The notes beneath the pieces are model-generated. The model searched no databases and was not told the origin of the DNA. It worked only from the letters and a program-made list of their open reading frames with translations. Position numbers and translations under genes: made by a program. A DNA stretch of 64,000 bases, from assembly GCA_964460845.1 (NCBI GenBank), contig CAYWRZ010000007.1:8024-72023 (forward strand), read 5' to 3'. Position 1 is the first letter of the stretch, and every line of letters begins with the position of its first letter. Shown in pieces: positions 7,748 through 16,168 of this stretch. This DNA comes from an uncultured Weeksellaceae bacterium (lineage in GTDB: Bacteria > Bacteroidota > Bacteroidia > Flavobacteriales_D > UBA2798).

Positions 7748-10462
7748 TTGATCCGATTCCCGAAAGACATACAATTCAAATACCCTTGGAGAGATTACCA
7801 GCAACGGGTACTCGACGAGCTACAGGAACATTTGTCCGACAAGCATTTACACGTTATTGCTCCACCCGGTTCGGGCAAAACCGTTTTGGGGCTTGAAGTA
7901 GCCCTCAGGTTGAATCAGCCTGTGTTAATCCTTGCGCCTACCCTTGCCATCCGCAACCAGTGGATACAGCGTTTTTGTGAATTGTTTCTGCAAATTAGAA
8001 ATTCACCCGACTGGATTTCGAGTGACATTCGCAATCCGAAATTTATGACCGTGGTTACCTATCAGGGATTACATGCGGCCTGCTATAAACTGAAAAACGA
8101 AAAAGAAACGGAAGAAGAATCCGAAGAAGCAGGGCAGGATACTTCATTGAACACCAACTTCGAACGCATTGTAAGCGGTCTTCGGGCTCAGCACATCAAG
8201 ACCATTGTGGTAGATGAAGCACATCACTTGAAAAACGAGTGGTGGCAAACCCTTAGCAGAATCAAGGAAAAATTAGACCCCGTCATTGTCGGTTTAACCG
8301 CTACTCCGCCTTATGACGTAAGCGCGACGGAATGGCAACGGTATATTGAGTTGAACGGGCCTGTCGATACCGAAATCTCGGTTCCGGAGCTTATTATCGA
8401 AGGTGATTTATGTCCGCATCAGGATTATGTTTATTTTACTTTGCCAACTACTGCAGAAAATCAAAGTATTACTGCATTCAGGCAAAATACAGCAACACTT
8501 TTTCAGGAGCTAAAACACGATCACACCCTGCTGGAAGCGATTGAAGCACATCCTGTATGGCAAGATCCGACTTCTCACCTTGATTGGATATACCATTATC
8601 TTCCCTGTTATTCAGCTTGTCTGATATTCTTAAACGCTAACGGAAAAGAAATTCCACAAACTCACCTCGATGTTGTTGGAGATAAGAGATTAAATATTCC
8701 GCCACTTAATTACGAGTGGATGGAAATACTGTTGGATTTTTATCTCTACAAAGAAAAAACACATTTCGCTGCATTCGAACTACATCGGAAAACGCTCGAA
8801 AATCGCTTAAAAAGATACGGTGCTATCGAAAGACGACAAATCAGTTTTTCACGCCATAAGGGGCTTACAGACGCATTGACTTCCAGTGTGAGTAAGCTGA
8901 GCGGAATCAAAGAAATAGTGGAGTTTGAATACAGAAAATTACAGCAAGACCTGCGTTTGGTAATTCTTACCGATTTTATTCGGAAAGAATTTTTTGTCAA
9001 TTCGAATGTCAATACACACGAATTAAATAAAATAGGTGTTCTCCCGATTTTTGAAAAACTCAGACGAGAAATAGCGGCCCCTTTGAAAATGGGAGTGCTT
9101 ACCGGCTCAATGGTAATTCTACCGCTGAGCGCCTATGCCCGATTCGAAGCAAAGGCAGCAGGATACGGGATTACAAGGCTCCACGCAAGTCTTGTTCCTT
9201 TTGATAAAAACTACATCTTAATCCATCCGCAGGAGCAATTGAATCGCCATATCGTGCATCTTGTTACCCAGCTTTTTCAACGTGGAGAAATTGAGGTGCT
9301 GATAGGTACAAAATCACTTTTGGGAGAGGGTTGGGATGCGCCTGCCCTCAACGCCTTAATCCTGGCAAGTTTTGTAGGTTCTTTTGTGCTTTCCAACCAA
9401 ATGCGGGGAAGAGCTATACGTACTGAAAATGGAAATCCTTACAAAACAAGCAATATTTGGCATCTGGTATGTGTCGATCCGACCGATCCGGCAGGCGGTG
9501 ATGATTTGGCTTTGCTGAAAAGACGTTTCAGGAGCTTCGTGGGTGTATCTTTCCGTGAAGAACCCGCAATAGAAAGCGGTATAGGCAGATTAAATCTGCC
9601 AAAAACACTTTGTGAAAGGGAAGAAATAGAGAAGAAAAATCGCGAAATGTTCGCCTATGCAGGAGATAGAGAAAGCCTTAGTGAACGTTGGGAAAAAGCA
9701 CTTGCCACAGGCGTAACGCTTGTTGAAGAGATCAAAATTCCATTTCTTGAAGCACGCAGCTACCAAGCTACAAAGTCATTGTATCTCCAAAAAACTATTG
9801 CTTATCTGATGGCTACCGTGAGTTCGGCTTGGCTGGCTTTTGGATTAGCGGGTATGGAATTGCTGGGAAAATCGGCACGAACGATCAGAACCAGCAGTGA
9901 ATTATATGTTTTTTTGGCTTTTATAGGAGTGGTCGGAGTGCTTTTGTTGGGCGGTATGACTTATAAAGCGTTTCGGCTTTATATCCGGTATCGTGATATT
10001 TCAAAAGACATTCAGCAAATAGGAGATGTATTGCTTAGCGGTCTTCTTAAAGCAGGATTGATTCATACCAACGCTTCCCTCTTAAAAGTGGAAGCTTCGA
10101 TCGATAATGAGGGGGCAATTTTTTGTCACCTGGAAGGTGGAACTACTGTCGAAAAGTCCACCTTTATCCATGCTTTACAGGAAATAGTAGCTCCGGTTGG
10201 CAATCCACGTTATGTGATAATCAGAAAAAACCGGTTTTTTCTTTTTTCGGATCAGAAAGACTATCACGCCGTACCCGAACGGCTTGGGCGAAATAAAAAT
10301 TTGGCAGAGCATTTTAAGCAGCAATGGGAGCAAGTGGTAGGCGATTGCGAGTTGGTTTTTACCCGAACAATCGAGGGAAGGAAATTGCTTTTGCAGGCAA
10401 GAGTCAAATCGTTGGCTGCGCAATTTGAAGACAGGGTGGAGCATGTCAATAAATGGAAGTGA
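7748..10462 (+). CDS. DEAH-box superfamily-2 helicase with two predicted C-terminal transmembrane helices and an unknown ~160-aa C-terminal domain
   Basis: Motifs: Q-like WRDYQ, Walker A APPGSGKT, DEAH box VVDEAHHL, motif III LTATPPYD, and motifs V-VI LLGEGWDAP...QMRGRAIR. Hydrophobic segments TIAYLMATVSSAWLAFGLAGMELLG and LYVFLAFIGVVGVLLLGGMTY map to about nt 9794-9972. TTG start as given by the track, so the true start is uncertain. Confidence 0.8.
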   Translation: MIRFPKDIQFKYPWRDYQQRVLDELQEHLSDKHLHVIAPPGSGKTVLGLEVALRLNQPVLILAPTLAIRNQWIQRFCELFLQIRNSPDWISSDIRNPKFMTVVTYQGLHAACYKLKNEKETEEESEEAGQDTSLNTNFERIVSGLRAQHIKTIVVDEAHHLKNEWWQTLSRIKEKLDPVIVGLTATPPYDVSATEWQRYIELNGPVDTEISVPELIIEGDLCPHQDYVYFTLPTTAENQSITAFRQNTATLFQELKHDHTLLEAIEAHPVWQDPTSHLDWIYHYLPCYSACLIFLNANGKEIPQTHLDVVGDKRLNIPPLNYEWMEILLDFYLYKEKTHFAAFELHRKTLENRLKRYGAIERRQISFSRHKGLTDALTSSVSKLSGIKEIVEFEYRKLQQDLRLVILTDFIRKEFFVNSNVNTHELNKIGVLPIFEKLRREIAAPLKMGVLTGSMVILPLSAYARFEAKAAGYGITRLHASLVPFDKNYILIHPQEQLNRHIVHLVTQLFQRGEIEVLIGTKSLLGEGWDAPALNALILASFVGSFVLSNQMRGRAIRTENGNPYKTSNIWHLVCVDPTDPAGGDDLALLKRRFRSFVGVSFREEPAIESGIGRLNLPKTLCEREEIEKKNREMFAYAGDRESLSERWEKALATGVTLVEEIKIPFLEARSYQATKSLYLQKTIAYLMATVSSAWLAFGLAGMELLGKSARTIRTSSELYVFLAFIGVVGVLLLGGMTYKAFRLYIRYRDISKDIQQIGDVLLSGLLKAGLIHTNASLLKVEASIDNEGAIFCHLEGGTTVEKSTFIHALQEIVAPVGNPRYVIIRKNRFFLFSDQKDYHAVPERLGRNKNLAEHFKQQWEQVVGDCELVFTRTIEGRKLLLQARVKSLAAQFEDRVEHVNKWK

Positions 10463-10520
10463 AAAATCTGCAAGTGCCTACTTATCGGTATGACATTCTC
10501 TTTTCTAACTCATTTTCTGT

Positions 10521-10528
10521 TAAATTTG
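10521..10528 (+). promoter_or_regulatory. Candidate -7 promoter box (TAAATTTG) upstream of the WG-repeat gene
   Basis: Exact TAnnTTTG match about 135 nt upstream of the ATG at 10664. Confidence 0.3.
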
Positions 10529-10663
10529 AACGAGTCGGTTTGGATGATACATTTATGAACCGTTCTCGAACACGAAGCCTCGGCATACTGAAAAGCAGAA
10601 TTATTGCGTTTTAAAACGTAGAGCGCTACAGCCGTTGAGTATGTGTGTTAACGCTATGGCAAC

Positions 10664-12586
10664 ATGAAAAACCTGTTCTCAATGCTGATGCTGGTTACTT
10701 TAGGACTGAAAGCGGCCGGGCAGAACAGCGACAAGCTTTACCTTATTACAGAAAATAACCTGTATGGGTATATCGATAAAACCGGTAAAACCCTCATTGA
10801 GCCGCGCTTCCCTGCCGCAGGTCAATTTTCAGAAGGATTGGCTCCTGTAAGGCTGAAAGGAACATACGGCTACATTAACAAGACGGGGAGTTTTAGTATT
10901 CCTGCTCAATACGACATGGCTTTCCCATTTTCGCAGGGTCTTGCCAAAGTATTTATAGACAGCACTCCTTTTTTTATTACGACAAAGGGAGAGATTGCTT
11001 TTCAGCATCATTATAAAAATATTTCGGATTTTGGGAAAAATTCATTTGCCACTGTCCTCACGCATACAGGTAAATGGGGCCTAATAGACAGAAAGGGTAA
11101 CTTGCTGGCAGATACCGTGTTTGTGAAAATAGGCTCGTTTTCTGAAGGCTTGGCGGTTGTAACAGGCCTGCAGCACAATCCCTATTCCCACAACAGTACC
11201 GAAAAAATCAGGTATGAAAAAGGCGTAATAGATACCTTGGGAAACTGGCGGGTGAACTACGGAGAGTATGCCCATATCCACGATTTTAAAAACGGATACG
11301 CAAGAGTAGAATTAGCGGATGAAGCACAAAGAGACAACTCCACGGATCAGGGAATAATTGACAAAACCGGCAGATACCGGTTTACCCTTCCGGAGCACAA
11401 ATGGGACTTTGATTACAATCATCCGGATTTTTACGAAGATAAGGCGGTAGTGCGGATTTATGAAAATCATGCGGCAAAATACCGATTTTCCGGAAAACGT
11501 GAAGAGTACAGAGGAATGGTGAATGCCGGCGGAAACATTCTTTTTTCAAATCCCGATTGGGTGGAGCTTACACCTTTTCAGCACAACAGGGCATTTGCGA
11601 AAGATGAAAAGGGCAACTGGTTTTTGATAGATACTCAGGGTGAAATCGTTACCGATCAGGTTTTTCAGGAAATTCTTTACCACACCTACAGAGGAGAAGC
11701 TGAGTTTTTATTTCAGGACGCAATGGCTTTTGTCAAAATCGAAGAAGGATGGGGAGTAATAGATACGACAGGCAACTTGTTAATCGAATCTCGAAAGCTG
11801 GCTTCACATCACAGCGATTTGATAAGGCGCGGCGCGGTTCTTTTTATGAGAAAAGACATCAGCGTCGAAAGTGATAACTATGCTTATCAGTACGGGTTTT
11901 GGAATACCGCAACGCAGGTATTCGTACAACCGCAGTTTCATGACATAGATATGGAAGGTTTCGGAGATGATCTGATTTATGTCATGAAAGATGGGAAATC
12001 AGGTTATATAAATGCAAGAGGCGAACAAATTTGGGAAGCAAAAAATGAAGTGAAAAAGGTACGACTCAATATCGATTATATGAATAGGGGGTATTATTAT
12101 GTGCCACTTTCTAAAAAGCTGAGTCCCGAGTTCAACTTTTCACCCCATACGCTTCAGATGCATATCGATACGAACCGGCGTGTGATATGGGAGGAAAAAT
12201 ACGAGGCTGTTTCCTTATTTGTAGCCAATACTTCGGTCGATACGGTGTATTTTGATGTGCAGGATTTCAGACTTTACCTAAAGCTTCAAGCGCAAGACAA
12301 ACAAGGGAATTGGAGGGATATCGAATACCTTCCTAATAGTTGGTGCGGGAATAGTTATAGCACCCTATCGCTTGCATCTGGCGAGTTTTGGCGATTTGAG
12401 ATGCCCCTGTATCAGGGAGAATTTAAGACGAAACTCCGTGCGCAACTTTTGTATAAGAAAAGCATAACGCAGGAAAAAGACGAAGTGATTTACAGCAATG
12501 AAACGGAAGGCTACATAAACCCCGGGCAGTTTTGGAACAAGCCCGAATATCATTCCAGCGGATTAATGGATCCTTACGACGACTGA
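10664..12586 (+). CDS. Secreted WG-repeat (KWG-type) protein
   Basis: Signal peptide MKNLFSMLMLVTLGLKAAGQ. Many repeats of the form YGYIDKTGKTLIEPRF, YGYINKTGSFSIPAQYD, WGLIDRKGNLLADTVF and WGVIDTTGNLLIE. Confidence 0.8.
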   Translation: MKNLFSMLMLVTLGLKAAGQNSDKLYLITENNLYGYIDKTGKTLIEPRFPAAGQFSEGLAPVRLKGTYGYINKTGSFSIPAQYDMAFPFSQGLAKVFIDSTPFFITTKGEIAFQHHYKNISDFGKNSFATVLTHTGKWGLIDRKGNLLADTVFVKIGSFSEGLAVVTGLQHNPYSHNSTEKIRYEKGVIDTLGNWRVNYGEYAHIHDFKNGYARVELADEAQRDNSTDQGIIDKTGRYRFTLPEHKWDFDYNHPDFYEDKAVVRIYENHAAKYRFSGKREEYRGMVNAGGNILFSNPDWVELTPFQHNRAFAKDEKGNWFLIDTQGEIVTDQVFQEILYHTYRGEAEFLFQDAMAFVKIEEGWGVIDTTGNLLIESRKLASHHSDLIRRGAVLFMRKDISVESDNYAYQYGFWNTATQVFVQPQFHDIDMEGFGDDLIYVMKDGKSGYINARGEQIWEAKNEVKKVRLNIDYMNRGYYYVPLSKKLSPEFNFSPHTLQMHIDTNRRVIWEEKYEAVSLFVANTSVDTVYFDVQDFRLYLKLQAQDKQGNWRDIEYLPNSWCGNSYSTLSLASGEFWRFEMPLYQGEFKTKLRAQLLYKKSITQEKDEVIYSNETEGYINPGQFWNKPEYHSSGLMDPYDD

Positions 12587-12612
12587 AAAAACAATAAATC
12601 GAGGACCAACTG

Positions 12613-13365
12613 ATGCCTTTTACTTTTTCACACCCGGCTGTCGTTTTACCGCTGACTTATCTGCCCCGAAAATGGGTTTCCCTGACGGGACTTGTGATAG
12701 GCAGCATGACGCCTGATTTTGAATATTTCCTGAGAATGAAAATCCAAAGTACTTATAGCCATACCCTAACCGGACTGCTTTGGTTTGATTTACCTTTAGG
12801 GATTTTACTGACATTTCTTTTTCATCACATTATTCGTAACCGCTTAGTAGAGAATTTGCCAGCTTTTCTGCGATTAAGATTTTCGACTTACACAGGGTTT
12901 AACTGGGGTAACTATGTAAAGAAAAACTTTTTTGTAGTAGCGTTTTCATTACTTATCGGTGCGGCTTCACACCTGCTTTGGGACAGTTTTACACACGAGT
13001 ATGGTTATTTCGTACAGAAAATCCCCATACTGGCTGCTACGATTGACTTGGCAGGACAACAGATACCAGTGCTGAAAATACTGCAGCATTCAAGTACGCT
13101 TATCGGTGCCCTCGTCATCGCTTTTGCAATATACCGATTACCATTAGTTTCTGAAGCGCCCCGACAAATAAGCGCTGGATATTGGAAAATAGTGGCGGTA
13201 ATTACGCTTTTCGTAGTTGTACTACGTCTGCTCGGCGGACTCGATTTCAGGCAATACGGCAACGTGTTGGTGACGGTAATTTCGGCTGGGATGATGGCCT
13301 TAATATTGGCTTCCCTGCTGCTAAGATTGAGTGAAGGTAAGGGGGGCAAAAGCGTTGGTAAATAG
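12613..13365 (+). CDS. DUF4184-like integral membrane protein
   Basis: N-terminus MPFTFSHPAVVLPL..., the block HLLWDSFTHE, and several hydrophobic helices. The family assignment is from memory of the DUF4184 N-terminal signature. Confidence 0.55.
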   Translation: MPFTFSHPAVVLPLTYLPRKWVSLTGLVIGSMTPDFEYFLRMKIQSTYSHTLTGLLWFDLPLGILLTFLFHHIIRNRLVENLPAFLRLRFSTYTGFNWGNYVKKNFFVVAFSLLIGAASHLLWDSFTHEYGYFVQKIPILAATIDLAGQQIPVLKILQHSSTLIGALVIAFAIYRLPLVSEAPRQISAGYWKIVAVITLFVVVLRLLGGLDFRQYGNVLVTVISAGMMALILASLLLRLSEGKGGKSVGK

Positions 13366-13420
13366 CTTCGGAGAAAATCCGGTACAGCAGTCACCAAGGT
13401 ATTTTATGCACAATTTTTCG

Positions 13421-13428
13421 TAAATTTG
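13421..13428 (+). promoter_or_regulatory. Candidate -7 promoter box (TAAATTTG)
   Basis: Exact TAnnTTTG match about 80 nt upstream of the small ORF at 13507. Confidence 0.3.
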
Positions 13429-13506
13429 AACTTGTAAGCTTTCTTAGTTCTGTATTCCTACACACTGTAGTGGTCGGTATCAGGTAAGCCTCTAATTCCA
13501 CAGATC

Positions 13507-13671
13507 ATGACTTACCCATTGATTCCCATAGCATTAACGGCGGCGTTTCTCCTGTACGTGCTGTATGTCTTGTTTGTTAAAAAAGACAAGAAAAAGCTAA
13601 GGGCTATACTGTATCCGGGCTTATTCTTTATCGCCGTTTGGGTAGCGCTGTATTTCATTTTGTGGGGTTAA
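13507..13671 (+). CDS. Possible small two-TM membrane protein (54 aa), below the ORF-track length cutoff
   Basis: My own translation: MTYPLIPIALTAAFLLYVLYVLFVKKDKKKLRAILYPGLFFIAVWVALYFILWG*. Two hydrophobic helices are separated by a KKDKKK loop, and a TAnnTTTG box lies upstream. Confidence 0.35.
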   Translation: MTYPLIPIALTAAFLLYVLYVLFVKKDKKKLRAILYPGLFFIAVWVALYFILWG

Positions 13672-13996
13672 GAAATCTTTTTTACAAGAACCTTTTGAGT
13701 TTAAAAAAGAAGAATTTTTCCCTTTACGCATCCACCTTTTAAACACGAAAAACGATCAGCAAAAGATTGTTTTTTGTCAATGAAATGCGAGTCTCTGTCA
13801 AACAAATGGATGCGCGATAAAATCGCACTCCCACATTTTTTACAAACTCACGTTTAAACGCGATACACCACACGTTATTCGTTCTTCTGTCTCCCCCGTG
13901 ACCGACACTTTTACAGGCTGTTCCAGCAAGAACGGGCAAGTCCGCAACACCTCGGTTTTTTATCCCGAAAAAGCCTAAAAATTTGATTATAATCTC

Positions 13997-14004
13997 CTAA
14001 ATTT
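13997..14004 (+). promoter_or_regulatory. Candidate -7 promoter box (TAAATTTG) for the radical-SAM operon
   Basis: Exact TAnnTTTG match 24 nt upstream of the ATG at 14028. Confidence 0.45.
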
Positions 14005-14027
14005 GAAGGAAGAAAGAGGAGGAGGGG

Positions 14028-15287
14028 ATGCACGATCGAATACAGGAAAAGCTTCAGATTTTGGCCGACGCAGCCAAGTACGATGTGTCTTGCGCATCGA
14101 GCGGAAGTAACCGTAAGAATACAAACAAAGGAATAGGCGATACCGGAGCCGGAATTTGCCACTCTTATACCGAAGACGGACGTTGTGTGTCCTTGCTTAA
14201 AATTCTGCTGACCAACTTTTGCATCTACGATTGCGCTTTTTGCGTGTCGCGCCGAAGCAACGATGTGAAACGTGCAGCCTTCACCGTCGAAGAAGTGGTA
14301 CAGCTCACCATGAACTTTTACCGACGCAATTACATCGAAGGACTCTTTCTGAGCTCGGGCATTTTCAAAAATGCCGATTACACCATGGAACGTATGGTGC
14401 GGATTGTCAAAAAGCTTCGTACCGAAGAACGTTTTAACGGGTACATCCACCTCAAAACCATACCGGGCGCCAGCGAAGAGCTTATCCACGAAGCGGGGCT
14501 TTATGCCGACCGTATGAGTATCAACCTGGAAATGCCTACCGATGCCGGACTCAGGCTTTTGGCTCCCGAAAAATCGCACGAAGAAGTAAAACGCGATTTG
14601 GGGCTGGTACACAGTCGGCTGGAACAATACAAAAGTGAAAAGAAAACGATTAAAAGCACCCCGCGTTTTGTGCCGGCCGGACAAAGCACGCAGATGGTAA
14701 TTGGAGCCACGCCCGAAACCGATAAAGATATTATGTACACGGCCGATGCGTATTACAAAAACTTCAAGCTCAAACGGGTGTATTATTCGGGATATATCCC
14801 CATTCGCCGCGACAAGCTTATGCCCGCCATAGGTACACCCCCGCCTCTGCTTCGCGAAAACAGGCTGTATCAGACCGACTGGCTGATGCGTTTCTACGGT
14901 TTTAAGGTGGACGAAATTCTCAACGACCGCCATCCTTTTCTCGATACCCAGATCGATCCCAAGCTGAGCTGGGCCTTGCGTAACCCGCACTGGTTTCCGG
15001 TCGATTTGCATACAGCGCCTTACGAGCTGATTTTGCGCATTCCGGGCGTAGGAGTCAAGTCGGCTAAAAAAATCGTACAGGCACGTAAATTCGGTAAACT
15101 CTATACCTGGCAGCTCAAGCGGCTGGGCGTAGCCTTTAACCGTGCCCGTTTTTTTATGGTTTGGGCCGATTCGCCCCGGCAACTGAAAGAGCCCGAACCT
15201 TCCGAAATCAGACAGCAGATACTTCGTCAAAGCAGCTCCAAATACCTTGCTTCCCATTCGACCCAGCTTAACCTCTTTGCCGAATGA
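14028..15287 (+). CDS. Putative DNA modification/repair radical SAM protein (TIGR03916-like)
   Basis: N-terminus KLQILADAAKYDVSCASSG, radical-SAM cluster motif CIYDCAFC (CxxxCxxC), and a C-terminal helix-hairpin-helix-like RIPGVGVKSAKKIV. Paired with the TIGR03915-like gene downstream. Confidence 0.85.
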   Translation: MHDRIQEKLQILADAAKYDVSCASSGSNRKNTNKGIGDTGAGICHSYTEDGRCVSLLKILLTNFCIYDCAFCVSRRSNDVKRAAFTVEEVVQLTMNFYRRNYIEGLFLSSGIFKNADYTMERMVRIVKKLRTEERFNGYIHLKTIPGASEELIHEAGLYADRMSINLEMPTDAGLRLLAPEKSHEEVKRDLGLVHSRLEQYKSEKKTIKSTPRFVPAGQSTQMVIGATPETDKDIMYTADAYYKNFKLKRVYYSGYIPIRRDKLMPAIGTPPPLLRENRLYQTDWLMRFYGFKVDEILNDRHPFLDTQIDPKLSWALRNPHWFPVDLHTAPYELILRIPGVGVKSAKKIVQARKFGKLYTWQLKRLGVAFNRARFFMVWADSPRQLKEPEPSEIRQQILRQSSSKYLASHSTQLNLFAE

Positions 15288-16063
15288 TACGGTACGTGTT
15301 CGACGGGAGCTTCGCCGGATTGCTTTCCGCCATTTTCGAGGCTTTTGAAAGAAAAGAACGACAGGTAGAAATGGTGTGGGAGAAATACTATCAGCCTAAC
15401 GCCTTTGATGCGGCGCATACGATCCATACTTCCGACGAAAAAGCCCAACGTGTGTGGAAAGGCTATACCACGCATACCGATAAAGTGGCGGCGCGCAGGT
15501 TTTATTACGCCTTCCTGTCAGAGCTGCCCGAAGCATTTCAGTCGTTGTTTACGCTTGCCTGCGAAGTATTCGATAATCCGGATCGTAAGGTGGTGAACAA
15601 TTACGGGCATCCCGATGTGTTGCGGGTAGCACAGCTTGCCAAAAGTGTAAGCCGCGAAAAACACCGCATGGAAGCCTTTGTACGTTTTAAAAAAACCGCC
15701 GACGGACTTTACTATGCCCTCATTCACCCCGATTTTAACGTGCTTCCGCTGATTCGCAACCATTTCAAAGCGCGTTATGCCGATCAGCCCTGGCTTATTT
15801 ACGACGAAAAACGAAAATACGGTTTGTATTACGATACCGAAACGGTAGCCGAAGTGACACTGACTTTTACCCATTCGGAACATACAGGGAGTGGTAGCGA
15901 TAATCTTCCGGTTATTCCACTGCACGACGAAAAAGAAGCCCTGTACGACCGCTTGTGGAAAACGTATTTTAAAAGTGTAAATATCGCTGAGCGCAACAAC
16001 CGAAAGCTCCACCTACAGTATGTGCCCAAAAGATACTGGCGTTACCTTAACGAAAAGCACTAG
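15284..16063 (+). CDS. TIGR03915/DUF4130-like putative DNA metabolism protein (partner of the radical SAM protein)
   Basis: Its start overlaps the upstream stop (ATGA). N-terminus MIRYVFDGSFAGLLSAIFEAF and the block KHRMEAFVRFKK...LYYALIHPDFNVLPL are typical of this family, from memory. Confidence 0.75.
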   Translation: MIRYVFDGSFAGLLSAIFEAFERKERQVEMVWEKYYQPNAFDAAHTIHTSDEKAQRVWKGYTTHTDKVAARRFYYAFLSELPEAFQSLFTLACEVFDNPDRKVVNNYGHPDVLRVAQLAKSVSREKHRMEAFVRFKKTADGLYYALIHPDFNVLPLIRNHFKARYADQPWLIYDEKRKYGLYYDTETVAEVTLTFTHSEHTGSGSDNLPVIPLHDEKEALYDRLWKTYFKSVNIAERNNRKLHLQYVPKRYWRYLNEKH

Positions 16064-16118
16064 ATCAGCGCTCTTTTCGTGCCTTTGTTCGAGGCGGTGG
16101 TTTGAAAAAGTATTTTAA

Positions 16119-16126
16119 TACATTTG
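16119..16126 (+). promoter_or_regulatory. Candidate -7 promoter box (TACATTTG)
   Basis: TAnnTTTG match 43 nt upstream of the ATG at 16169. Confidence 0.4.
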
Positions 16127-16168
16127 AAGGAAGACCGATTTATTGTTTTAAAGATAAAGGTAGAAGCG

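Noticed and set aside
6471-13700. Calling the AT-rich block an integrative mobile element
   Set aside because: I could not find an integrase, transposase, conjugation gene or direct repeat of the tRNA-Arg 3' end by eye. It is reported only as a compositional and accessory anomaly.
13775-13808. Direct repeat TGTCAATGAAATG / TGTCAAACAAATG spaced 21 nt apart upstream of the radical-SAM operon
   Set aside because: A 13-mer pair with 2 mismatches in a region of about 355 nt is expected about 0.7 times by chance (rough uniform-composition estimate). There is also no link to a known operator consensus.
13911-15257. 448-aa ORF antisense to the radical-SAM gene
   Set aside because: The sequence has low-complexity, non-protein-like composition with no motifs, whereas the + strand frame carries the CxxxCxxC cluster and family blocks. 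It is a classic long antisense shadow ORF.
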